The position numbers and the translations under genes were made by a program. 55,469 bases of DNA, from the IMG/VR virus record IMGVR_UViG_3300002488_000008, positions 1 through 55,469 of that record. One strand, given 5' to 3'. Of the stretch, positions 7,390-16,669 are shown one piece after another (position 1 is the stretch's first letter; each line of letters starts with the position of its first letter). The notes below the pieces were generated by a model. The model searched no databases. It saw only the letters and a program-made list of their open reading frames with translations, and was not told where the DNA came from. This stretch comes from a virus (Duplodnaviria > Caudoviricetes).

Positions 7390-8046
7390 TTGATAACTAG
7401 AAAAAGATGTCCTCTTTGTAATCATGAGAATAGGGAATCCCTTGAATCTGAATTAGAAAATCTAATTATTACAACAGATGAGTTAGATGAGCAAATGAAT
7501 TGGCCTAGTGGAACTAGTTCTAAACATCAGAGAAATCATATGGAGGGTTTTGTAAATTCATCTAACCCTAGATGTTCTATTTGTGTTAGCCCCGATAGGG
7601 CAGAAATAGAAATGAAATTATATGAAGCACAAGTTACTCCTGCTGAAGTTGCACATGCACTAAATTGTAGTGAAGCACAAGTTATGAGACATTTAACAAA
7701 ACATTTGCAACCTATCGTACAACAGTCTGCGGCCAATATGATAGCAACAAAAGAAGTAGATGAGATTGATACACTTAGTAATAACATTGGTAGGTTAGAA
7801 GGAAAGATAGATGAATTATTTTTAGAAACTGATTTGAATCCTAAGTACATTGATTCGTTAACTAAGTTAGCAAAAGAAATTAGAGAGAGTTTAAAATACC
7901 TAATGGAGTTTAAAGGTAAATTAGTGCATAAGAGACAGGATACAATTATTGTCGCACAAATGCAAATTGTGCAAGAAGTGTTAGCACAAAATCATCCTCA
8001 AGTTTGGTTAGATATTAAGAATAAAATGCAGGAGAAGTTACAATGA
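7390..8046 (+). CDS. Putative terminase small subunit / DNA-binding protein with duplicated CxxC-HTH-H units
   Basis: Two repeats (CPLC...H...H and CSIC...H...H) with HTH-like segments, then a coiled coil. Lies upstream of TerL. Function is inferred. Confidence 0.5.
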   Translation: MITRKRCPLCNHENRESLESELENLIITTDELDEQMNWPSGTSSKHQRNHMEGFVNSSNPRCSICVSPDRAEIEMKLYEAQVTPAEVAHALNCSEAQVMRHLTKHLQPIVQQSAANMIATKEVDEIDTLSNNIGRLEGKIDELFLETDLNPKYIDSLTKLAKEIRESLKYLMEFKGKLVHKRQDTIIVAQMQIVQEVLAQNHPQVWLDIKNKMQEKLQ

Positions 8047-10229
8047 GTTGGCAAAATATTCTGAAAGCATCTGAAGATAAGTCATCTTTACCGCAGGAAA
8101 AAATAAATCGTAACGCACTGAAGTTTACAATCACACCCGTTAAACCATTAGTAAGAAGAAAAAATGAGTTAACTTACTTCTTAGCATCTTATTTAGATGA
8201 TGCTCAAACACTTAAAGAACTTATTTCTGAATGGAAAGAAAGCCAAAAAATGTTAGAGTATAAAAATACAACTGTAGGATTAAGACAGTTAAGTGCCGTT
8301 ATAAATAGAATTAAAAAATATTTTGAAAATATAATACCAATTGAACCAAACAGAAAGACTGAATCCGATGAACAGAAAACAGAAAGATTGGTAGAATTCT
8401 TTTCTAAATTACCTAATCCACCTTCTGCATCAGATATCACTACTATGGAAAACAATTTAGATATTTTAACAAAGTTTACAGAAAAAACCAAGTTAACTAG
8501 TAAACAATGGGATGAGAATAGAATAAATAAAGTAGTAAATCAAATTAAAGAAGCGGCTAGAAGAAGAAGTAGAAAGATAGACGAGGTAGATATATCTCAA
8601 CTAAATGCTAGTGATTTAGATGGATTACTTAATTATCTTTCAACTGATAAAAATATAAACAGAATGAAAAGACTTAGTAGGGCAAATAAAAAACAAATTA
8701 AAGATATTGTTCTTCAGATACAAAATAAAGATAAAAAGTTTATGGGTATTGGTTATGATACAACTGATATAACTTTAACACTACGTTCAGATTTTGATAC
8801 AGAAAAAGATGTATTATCTAATCTAAAGTTTGTTAACGAAGACGAACAGAAAACTGTAAAATTACCCGATTTTATTACTGAGGCACAGGGTCGTGCCTTA
8901 GCAGGGGGCTCTCCTTCAACTAAAATAACTAGAACTTCTTTAGGGAAATTATTTGAAATAGATGAATATTCAGAAAAAGATTTACCCACTTCTTTTGCTG
9001 AAAACATAACAGTTAATGATATTAATGAAGAGTTTATATTAAGATATTATGAACACGTACTACTTAAATTAAACAAGGGAAGAGATAAATTTTTACCTTA
9101 TATGAGTGGTAGTGAAAAATCAGATGCTAAAATTTTATTTGGAGTAAGCGGTACTAAATCAAGCAAACTAAATCCTACGTTAGTATATTTAATTAGAAAT
9201 TTTAACTTAAGACTAGGTAAAATAAGACTTTCAGAAATAACGGCACTTGAACTTGATAGTGTATTTAGAGGATTATCACAAGGAAAATATCAAGAAAGTC
9301 ATCCTCAATTAGTTACTGAATTCAAAAGATATGTTTCTACTGCTGACCCCGATATTGAAGAAGGAGAAAGAAAATTTACAGGTGTAAATAAGTTCTTAGA
9401 AAGACTTAGAGATGATGTAGATTTATATAAAGTTGTAGAAGAGTTAGCAAGAAAAGAATCTAAAAAAGAAAAACTTAGAGTGAGTGTAGAAATTGATGCA
9501 TTTATCAAAGAATATAAAGAAGACCTAAATAAAATAGGTGTTGATACTGCTAGGAAAAGAAGAAAAGCAGACAGATTTAGAGAAGAAAAACTTGTAGAAT
9601 TTAAAAAATTAGATGCTATAAAAGAACTAATGAAAAAAGGAAAATCACTGGAAAATGTAAAAAATAGAGAGTTTGAATATTTATTCGATAATTATGATAA
9701 AAACCAAGATAGATTTAGTTTACAATATGAACCCGAAGTAAATACTGAAAAGGAAACTATAAGATTACTTGATGAATTTAAAGATACCATAGAAAATTTC
9801 AAAATAAACACTATAACTTCTGCCATGATTAGAGAAGGAATGAAAGCGAAGAATCCAAATTTAATGTCAATGTTAATGCTTTGTTATGGATTATCAAAAG
9901 TATATGATGATAGAAAATTTGAAAAAAGTGTTTACTCTGCTTTAGAGACAATAATACACCTTAAGGAATATACAGGTAAAGATAAGAAAAAGAGAAAAGA
10001 GTACGAAGATAAGAAAGAAAAAATGGAAAAAAAATTCTCTGATTTTATGGAATTATTCAAAAAGAAATATAATGAATATCATATGAATTTTAAAAGAGAT
10101 TCGCAAGAAAAAATAGTAGAGGTTATAACTAAACCTATTTTACTAAGTAACACAGATGAACTTAGTGACAGAGAACCCGTCTTTGTAATACAAAATTTAC
10201 TTTCAAAAGGTAGAGAGGAGAAGAAGTAA
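8043..10229 (+). CDS. Large K/E-rich protein (728 aa) with MSWQNILK tag; candidate internal virion protein
   Basis: Long ORF, tag, helical composition. Confidence 0.8.
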   Translation: MSWQNILKASEDKSSLPQEKINRNALKFTITPVKPLVRRKNELTYFLASYLDDAQTLKELISEWKESQKMLEYKNTTVGLRQLSAVINRIKKYFENIIPIEPNRKTESDEQKTERLVEFFSKLPNPPSASDITTMENNLDILTKFTEKTKLTSKQWDENRINKVVNQIKEAARRRSRKIDEVDISQLNASDLDGLLNYLSTDKNINRMKRLSRANKKQIKDIVLQIQNKDKKFMGIGYDTTDITLTLRSDFDTEKDVLSNLKFVNEDEQKTVKLPDFITEAQGRALAGGSPSTKITRTSLGKLFEIDEYSEKDLPTSFAENITVNDINEEFILRYYEHVLLKLNKGRDKFLPYMSGSEKSDAKILFGVSGTKSSKLNPTLVYLIRNFNLRLGKIRLSEITALELDSVFRGLSQGKYQESHPQLVTEFKRYVSTADPDIEEGERKFTGVNKFLERLRDDVDLYKVVEELARKESKKEKLRVSVEIDAFIKEYKEDLNKIGVDTARKRRKADRFREEKLVEFKKLDAIKELMKKGKSLENVKNREFEYLFDNYDKNQDRFSLQYEPEVNTEKETIRLLDEFKDTIENFKINTITSAMIREGMKAKNPNLMSMLMLCYGLSKVYDDRKFEKSVYSALETIIHLKEYTGKDKKKRKEYEDKKEKMEKKFSDFMELFKKKYNEYHMNFKRDSQEKIVEVITKPILLSNTDELSDREPVFVIQNLLSKGREEKK

Positions 10230-10230
10230 T

Positions 10231-13200
10231 ATGGATGCTAAAACTTTTTTTCAAGATAAAACCATACTTGAAGTTTTATTATTCGATGAAGGTGCAGTTG
10301 CAAAAACGGTAAAAGATAGTATTCAAAGATATGTTGTAGAACCAAAATATGAAAAAGATAAAAATATAAACATTGGTGAGTTAGAAAATAAATTAGATGA
10401 ATTAGAAGCAAAAAAAGACAAAGTAGATGTTGAAACTTTTGAACGGTTAGATAGAGAATTAGAAACATACTTGGCTGAAATAGAACAACTAACTCAAAAA
10501 ACTTATGATAATTTTACAGAAAATTTTCCTAGTGAAATTCTCTTTGAATATCTCATAGACAATGATAAAGGTTCTTCAGTAGATGATGACGATACTTCTA
10601 TACAAGATGCTAAGTTTTTATTTACACATGACTCTTCAATTAAAGAACTTGAGTTAACTTCTTATTTTCTAACTGATGATGAAGGTAAACAACAAACTGG
10701 ACAGAATACTCTTATTAAAATTGAAAACTATTTAACTAATAAATATAAAGGTATAAAAAAGTATATAGATAATCTAAATAAACTAATAGAAGATATTAGA
10801 GATTATATTAGACAGTATGCTAAAAAGGGTAGTTTAACAGAAAAAAATTTAAGCACAGCACCTAAAAGACAAAATCTTACTGGTAGGTCTAAACAGGTAA
10901 AGTTAGATGAAATATTTAGAGCATTCGGTAATGGCAATACAATTTGGAGGTCAGCAAAGGATTTCATTGAACATGAGAATGCACCCACTAGTGATTTACA
11001 ATTTATACAAAAAGTAGATAAAGATACTTTAGAAGATTGGAAAGCACTATTAACAGGTTCATTTTATGGTCGTCAAAAGGTAAAGGTACAACCATTTTTA
11101 GATTTAATAAATGACAGGATTCTAGGTAAAAAAGATAAGTCAGGACAGAGATTAAGTAGATTAGATGCTGATACTATTGATTTTAAAGCCGATACATTAC
11201 TAGGTAGTTTAGATTTGAAAAAGGTTGAAAGAAGAGATTCTATTTATGCACATTGGGCAAAATACAGTGGTAAATATACAGACCTTACTAAATCAATAAA
11301 AAGATTTCAACAAGAATTGAGAGATATTGTCGAAACTAAAAATTATGAGGAAATAAAAAATAATGATATAGATAGATGGAGGCACTTACAAAACATTGTA
11401 GATTTTGACTTCGATGAGGATACTTTTAATTACATTGTAAAAATTAAACCTCAGACTATTAAAAGGTATAATAAAGATAATTTATATGTTAAAGGGTTTG
11501 AAGAATTAAACTTGTTTAAAAAACCAATTAGTGATGATATTAATATTTCTAGAGCAAAAGAAGGTAAACTACGTTCTTCGGAAGAAACAGATGAAAAAGG
11601 AATAAATACAGGTAAAGGTTCTATAGCAGGTTCTATTGATGCATCAAGTGATGAAGCAGGTTATGACATTCCTATAAGAGTGGCTGAAGGAGATAGAACA
11701 GGTGCAGACCCCGATGAAACAGAAAGGCTAAACGTGGAAGACAAAGAACGTCAAGCATCTGCTAGATATACCAAAGATAAGGATTTTGCAGGATTTGGTA
11801 TGGATATTGCTGAGGTAAAGGGTACTAAAGAAATTGAAGAGATAGATATTTTTGGTAGAAAGGTAAATAATTTATTTACACAAATTGACGTAGACCCTCT
11901 ATATGCTTATGCTTTTGATAAAGATTCAACAGTTTTTAAAAATATTCCTTTATTCAAAAAAGAAATTGGAAGACTTAGAAGAAAACTTAAAACAATATCA
12001 AGTGCTGGTAAGTCTTTAGATTTAGGGCTTAATTTTGATGATGATATTAATGATTATGTTGATGAGTTAAAAAGTATGGTAATATCAGATAGAAAAACAT
12101 TTTTCTTACCATTTACTAAAGAATTAAGTAGTTTAATGACACAACAAGAATACAATAAATATGAAAAAAATAGAGAAAAAATTACAAAATTTTTGGAATT
12201 AATTAGTGAGATACTCGACTTCGGGGATAAGAAAACTCAGGGAGGAGGTTGGGCTTCAGAAGAGTCAAGTGGTAGTCAAGATAGTCCTACAGGACAAAGA
12301 TATATAGAACCCTACGCAAATACAAAAACCTTACTTAAAGAAATTGAGGAGGCTAGAGATGCATTTGATGATATGATAGAGAATATAGTAGAATATTACA
12401 TTAAACCACTTTCGACTCAATATAAACCATTTGCATCTAAGATAGATATTTTAGATACTAATATTATTGAAAGGTTGGTTAGGGCAAAAGAAGAAGATGA
12501 ACCATATTTCCATTTATTAGCACTAAGAATGCGAGGGTTGACAGAAGTATTCCCAACAAGAAATTTTAAGGTTATTGAAAGAATTATAGAATTAATAAAT
12601 TTTACAACTAAACCATCTATATTAGATAGTGCTACAAAATTAGAAAAATTGTTAAGAGAGTTATATAAAGAGTTACTCATAATTTATAAAAAACCTTTTG
12701 CTAAAGAAATAGAGGCAGAGTTAGGAGCATATTATTACTCAGTATTAAAACCATCCTTAAAACCTACAAAGGCCAAAGAATTAGAAATATTTGATAAAAA
12801 TGCAAAAACCTTATTTGACCAAGTTGTAGACCAAAAGAGTGCATATCCTCTACATGCTTTAATAGACTTGTTAAAACAAAGTAGTGGTAAGAAAGGTGAA
12901 TTAATGTATCTAGCAAATGACTTAGGATTTTCAGATAAGAGGGCTAAAGCAAGAAGAAAACAAGGCGTTCCTACATATACTAAATCACAACTAAAAACGA
13001 TTGTTGTAAACTTTACTGAAGCAATGGACGACTTTAGTAGAACAATTACAAAGAGCATAGATGCACAAATTCTAGAAGCACATGATAATATTAGAAAAAT
13101 TTTAGATAAGCCAGTTTATTATAAAAGAGGAAATTTATCTAATTTTGACCATATCTCTACTACACAGGACATTTTAAAATCTAAATTTAATGTTGATGTT

Positions 13201-13314
13201 TCTGCATTAGATATTACAAAAATTGTAAAGGAATCAAATTCTATGCAAGATTTAGGTTTAAAGTATGGTATTTCTTCTGAAGGTGTTTATTTTATAAAGG
13301 CTAATTTTAGGTGA
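10231..13314 (+). CDS. Large charged hypothetical protein (1027 aa), possible C-terminal HTH
   Basis: Long ORF; C-terminal SMQDLGLKYGISSEGVYFIK resembles a helix-turn-helix. Confidence 0.8.
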   Translation: MDAKTFFQDKTILEVLLFDEGAVAKTVKDSIQRYVVEPKYEKDKNINIGELENKLDELEAKKDKVDVETFERLDRELETYLAEIEQLTQKTYDNFTENFPSEILFEYLIDNDKGSSVDDDDTSIQDAKFLFTHDSSIKELELTSYFLTDDEGKQQTGQNTLIKIENYLTNKYKGIKKYIDNLNKLIEDIRDYIRQYAKKGSLTEKNLSTAPKRQNLTGRSKQVKLDEIFRAFGNGNTIWRSAKDFIEHENAPTSDLQFIQKVDKDTLEDWKALLTGSFYGRQKVKVQPFLDLINDRILGKKDKSGQRLSRLDADTIDFKADTLLGSLDLKKVERRDSIYAHWAKYSGKYTDLTKSIKRFQQELRDIVETKNYEEIKNNDIDRWRHLQNIVDFDFDEDTFNYIVKIKPQTIKRYNKDNLYVKGFEELNLFKKPISDDINISRAKEGKLRSSEETDEKGINTGKGSIAGSIDASSDEAGYDIPIRVAEGDRTGADPDETERLNVEDKERQASARYTKDKDFAGFGMDIAEVKGTKEIEEIDIFGRKVNNLFTQIDVDPLYAYAFDKDSTVFKNIPLFKKEIGRLRRKLKTISSAGKSLDLGLNFDDDINDYVDELKSMVISDRKTFFLPFTKELSSLMTQQEYNKYEKNREKITKFLELISEILDFGDKKTQGGGWASEESSGSQDSPTGQRYIEPYANTKTLLKEIEEARDAFDDMIENIVEYYIKPLSTQYKPFASKIDILDTNIIERLVRAKEEDEPYFHLLALRMRGLTEVFPTRNFKVIERIIELINFTTKPSILDSATKLEKLLRELYKELLIIYKKPFAKEIEAELGAYYYSVLKPSLKPTKAKELEIFDKNAKTLFDQVVDQKSAYPLHALIDLLKQSSGKKGELMYLANDLGFSDKRAKARRKQGVPTYTKSQLKTIVVNFTEAMDDFSRTITKSIDAQILEAHDNIRKILDKPVYYKRGNLSNFDHISTTQDILKSKFNVDVSALDITKIVKESNSMQDLGLKYGISSEGVYFIKANFR

Positions 13315-13874
13315 TACATTTGATTAAAAAATTTCATCCTAAACTTAGACAAATTCTTCAAGACGATAAATTGAAGATTATACAGGTTGGTAATGAACAG
13401 GACATGAAAGAACTATGGGATGCAAGTAATCCTGACATGCCTCATGAAATGCGTTCTAGCAATGAATGGAAATATCCAATTGAAAATTGGTTCGGTGCAA
13501 TTGTTAATGACAATGGAAAGGCTAGATTAGTTACAGTTGTTGGTAATGCCGTTAGAACTGGAAAGGAAAAAAAACCTTATGCTTATTTTGGCGGTGCTAA
13601 AACACACCCCGATTATCGTAAGGGTAGTAAAAAAAATCCTAAAGGTGGAATTTTTAGAGAAGTAAGAGACAAAGCGTTAGAACCAATAAAGGGAATGCCT
13701 AGAATTGCGGGTTTCTCAACTATGAGAACAAAATCCGGTCTTACACTAGATAAGCCAAAAACTCATGAAGTAATTCCCGATGATGTTTTAATGTTCATGA
13801 ATGAAAGAATCACACATTTAGATAATGTGGATGATTGGGGTATATCAAAGTGGATGCTACAATTGAGGAAATAA
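13311..13874 (+). CDS. Putative GNAT-fold acetyltransferase-like protein
   Basis: AYFGGAKTHPDYRKG...GIFREVRDKAL resembles GNAT motif A. Start may be TTG 13320. Confidence 0.45.
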   Translation: MIHLIKKFHPKLRQILQDDKLKIIQVGNEQDMKELWDASNPDMPHEMRSSNEWKYPIENWFGAIVNDNGKARLVTVVGNAVRTGKEKKPYAYFGGAKTHPDYRKGSKKNPKGGIFREVRDKALEPIKGMPRIAGFSTMRTKSGLTLDKPKTHEVIPDDVLMFMNERITHLDNVDDWGISKWMLQLRK

Positions 13875-13875
13875 C

Positions 13876-15312
13876 ATGGAGTTAGATAATTTAGATTTAG
13901 TTTCTGCTATGGATATGGAGATATCAAAAAACTCCTTCCCTTATTTTTTTCAAAATGTATTAGGAATGATGTACCCTGCATATATGCACGAATGGTTAGA
14001 GTTGATGCAGACTACAGATAGAACAGTTATTATTTGTAGTAGGGATTTTGGCAAATCTGTTTTTATGCATAGTTGGGTAGTTTGGAATCTCGTCTTTCAA
14101 GAGCCACCATATCAAATGCTCTATATCTCATCTAACCAAAAGCAGACTCTTGTTCATATGAGAGAAATAGATAGAATGTTTAGTCATCCTGCACTTAAAA
14201 AATATAAACCAAATAGGGGTTGGGCTATTGGAAATATTCAGTTAACCAATGGTAATGCGATTTTAGAGCGTTCAGTTGGTTCTCAGATTAGAGGGCTTCA
14301 CCCTCAAGAAATAATTATTGATGACCCCTTGAAGGAATTTAGTATGGTGGGCATTCAAAAAGTTACAGATTGGTTCTTTGGAGATATGATACCTACATTA
14401 CATCATACTGCTAATTTAAGAATGATAGGTACTCCCTTTTCATATACTGATATTTTTACACAATTGGAAGAAAATGAGGCTTATAGTGTTAGAAAATATC
14501 CTTGCCTAAATTCTCTTAATGAATCTTTATGGCCGGAAAGATGGGGATATGAACAATTAATGCAAAGAAAAGCAGAAATTGGTTCTTTAAAATTTACAAG
14601 AGAATATCTTTGTGTTCCTATTTCTACGGGTACTTCTCTATTTAATCCTGAATTTGTAGATAAATGTAAATCAAGAGATTATGTTTTAAAATTAGGACAT
14701 AGAAAAGATAAAGGATACAAATATTATGTCGGTGTTGACCCTGCTATTTCTACTGATGGAGACTATAATGTAATTACTGTTATAGAAATGGATGATGAAA
14801 AAAATAAAACTATTGTGCATATAGATAGAGCAAAGAATGTAGACTTTAGGCAAAATATAGAAAAGATTAGATTAATAGGAGCAATTTTTGAACCGGAAGT
14901 TATTCTATTTGAAACAAATACTTTTGCTAAATCTTTTACTCAAGAATTAAGAAATATTTCAGATTTAAATGTTCAAGATTTTAATACCACAAGAAAAAAG
15001 AAACAAGAAATAATTCTTAGTTTACAGATGAATATTGAAAATGGTAAAATAAAATTTCCTTATGGAGATAATAATAGCAGACAGGTAACTAATCTTTTAA
15101 TTGAAGAATTGTCTATGTTTTCTATTACTCAAGCAGGTAAATTTGAAGGGGTCGGGGCTCATGATGACCTAGTAATGAGCCTTGCATTAGCCACCGCCGC
15201 CACACATAATTCTACAGAAGTGTTTATGTTGTTAGATGATATGGGCATCTTTGACGAACCTAAACAACAATTAGCCCGACCCGCTTCCGGCTTAATGGGG
15301 TTGAACTTTTAG
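13876..15312 (+). CDS. terL: Terminase large subunit
   Basis: Walker A SRDFGKS, IRG motif, Walker B IIIDD, coupling motif IGTP, nuclease VGVDPA and HDDLVMSLALA. Confidence 0.95.
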   Translation: MELDNLDLVSAMDMEISKNSFPYFFQNVLGMMYPAYMHEWLELMQTTDRTVIICSRDFGKSVFMHSWVVWNLVFQEPPYQMLYISSNQKQTLVHMREIDRMFSHPALKKYKPNRGWAIGNIQLTNGNAILERSVGSQIRGLHPQEIIIDDPLKEFSMVGIQKVTDWFFGDMIPTLHHTANLRMIGTPFSYTDIFTQLEENEAYSVRKYPCLNSLNESLWPERWGYEQLMQRKAEIGSLKFTREYLCVPISTGTSLFNPEFVDKCKSRDYVLKLGHRKDKGYKYYVGVDPAISTDGDYNVITVIEMDDEKNKTIVHIDRAKNVDFRQNIEKIRLIGAIFEPEVILFETNTFAKSFTQELRNISDLNVQDFNTTRKKKQEIILSLQMNIENGKIKFPYGDNNSRQVTNLLIEELSMFSITQAGKFEGVGAHDDLVMSLALATAATHNSTEVFMLLDDMGIFDEPKQQLARPASGLMGLNF

Positions 15313-15322
15313 AGGTGAAAAA

Positions 15323-16669
15323 ATGGCTAAAAAATTAAGTACAGAATTTGATGAATTAGCCAATATTGCTAGAGAAGATGAAAAGTTGGCAGAAGAAGAA
15401 CAACGAGTTATAGATGAATTAACAGTAGATAAAAGTGATTTCTTAAAATGGCTTGATAATCAACCTCTTTCTAATCATTTTGATATAGAAAAAAAATATG
15501 CTAAAAAATTTAATACTAATTTATCTCAAGCAAAAAAGGAACTAAATATTATTGTTAAAAAATATGAAGTAGAAGGACATGATGTACCAACAGTAGTCAA
15601 ACAATTAAAAAAGTATAGAAGAACACTAAAGGGAAGTGCAAAAGTAGATATTACAAATTCGATAGACAATCTAATAAAAGCATATTCTGACCATCTTAGC
15701 ACTAGTATTGATGATATATATTGGATTAAAAAATACAAGCCAATATTAAATGATATGGTATGTAGTGAAGATAATATTATAAAATTATCTTATGTTTCTG
15801 AGGAGTCTACAAGAAGAGAGATTATTGATACTCTTTGTAAATATTGGGAAGATAAATTACATATGAGGGATATGCCATATAATTCAGATTACGCTAAATT
15901 AAATAAGTCCATGTCTGTTTCAAAAAGAGAATTCAAATCCATATTGAGAAAATATATGACAAGTACGACAACTAAAGATATTATTAAACATGAAATATTA
16001 AAGGCAGTATGTGAAAATAACGGTATTTCTTCTAGACAAATACATGAAAGATTACCGACTAGATTATTTAAAAAAACTTCACCAACCATTATTTCTAAAA
16101 TGGCTAAAAGTATGGATATAACAAATGTAAATGGTGCATTCTATAAATTAAATGATGATATTAAAAAAGATATTTATGCCTATACTGCGGCCTTCATAGA
16201 TTCAGATGGGTATATTACTATGGATAAAAATTACAATCCTAGAGTTGGTTTGATAGCCACAGGAGAAAGAGGTAAAGCATTTATGATGGAAATGCATAAA
16301 TCTCTAGGTTGTGGTAGACTACATCTTGACCAAAAATCACCACAGGCTACTAGGTCTGTTCAAAGATTAAATTTCTATTCGGGTGATGATGTGGTAAAAA
16401 TATTAACAAAGTGTAGGCCACACTTTAAAATGAAAGGGGCTAACGCAGACATATTATTGGAACTAGTAAGAATGAAGAAATCGCATAAAAAGGCAGAATG
16501 GTATGAATCTAGAAGAGAGGAATTATTTAAATTAATGAAATATGAAAACCATAAAGACCACGTAGGGTATGACTTTTCTCAGTATGGAATAGACCCAACT
16601 ACTGTTGCTAAATTTCATGAAAATTCTAAAATGTTTGAAATGGATAGACTAGAAGGGATTGTGGTTTAA
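15323..16669 (+). CDS. LAGLIDADG-domain protein with long N-terminal extension
   Basis: Single LAGLIDADG helix YTAAFIDSDGYI at about aa 287, followed by a typical LAGLIDADG core. A wHTH-like segment lies upstream. Confidence 0.85.
   Translation: MAKKLSTEFDELANIAREDEKLAEEEQRVIDELTVDKSDFLKWLDNQPLSNHFDIEKKYAKKFNTNLSQAKKELNIIVKKYEVEGHDVPTVVKQLKKYRRTLKGSAKVDITNSIDNLIKAYSDHLSTSIDDIYWIKKYKPILNDMVCSEDNIIKLSYVSEESTRREIIDTLCKYWEDKLHMRDMPYNSDYAKLNKSMSVSKREFKSILRKYMTSTTTKDIIKHEILKAVCENNGISSRQIHERLPTRLFKKTSPTIISKMAKSMDITNVNGAFYKLNDDIKKDIYAYTAAFIDSDGYITMDKNYNPRVGLIATGERGKAFMMEMHKSLGCGRLHLDQKSPQATRSVQRLNFYSGDDVVKILTKCRPHFKMKGANADILLELVRMKKSHKKAEWYESRREELFKLMKYENHKDHVGYDFSQYGIDPTTVAKFHENSKMFEMDRLEGIVV

Noticed and set aside
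15323-16669. Intein or group I intron associated with terL or portal
   Set aside because: TerL and portal are each complete and uninterrupted. There are no C/S...HN intein ends, and the LAGLIDADG gene is a free-standing ORF with its own SD.
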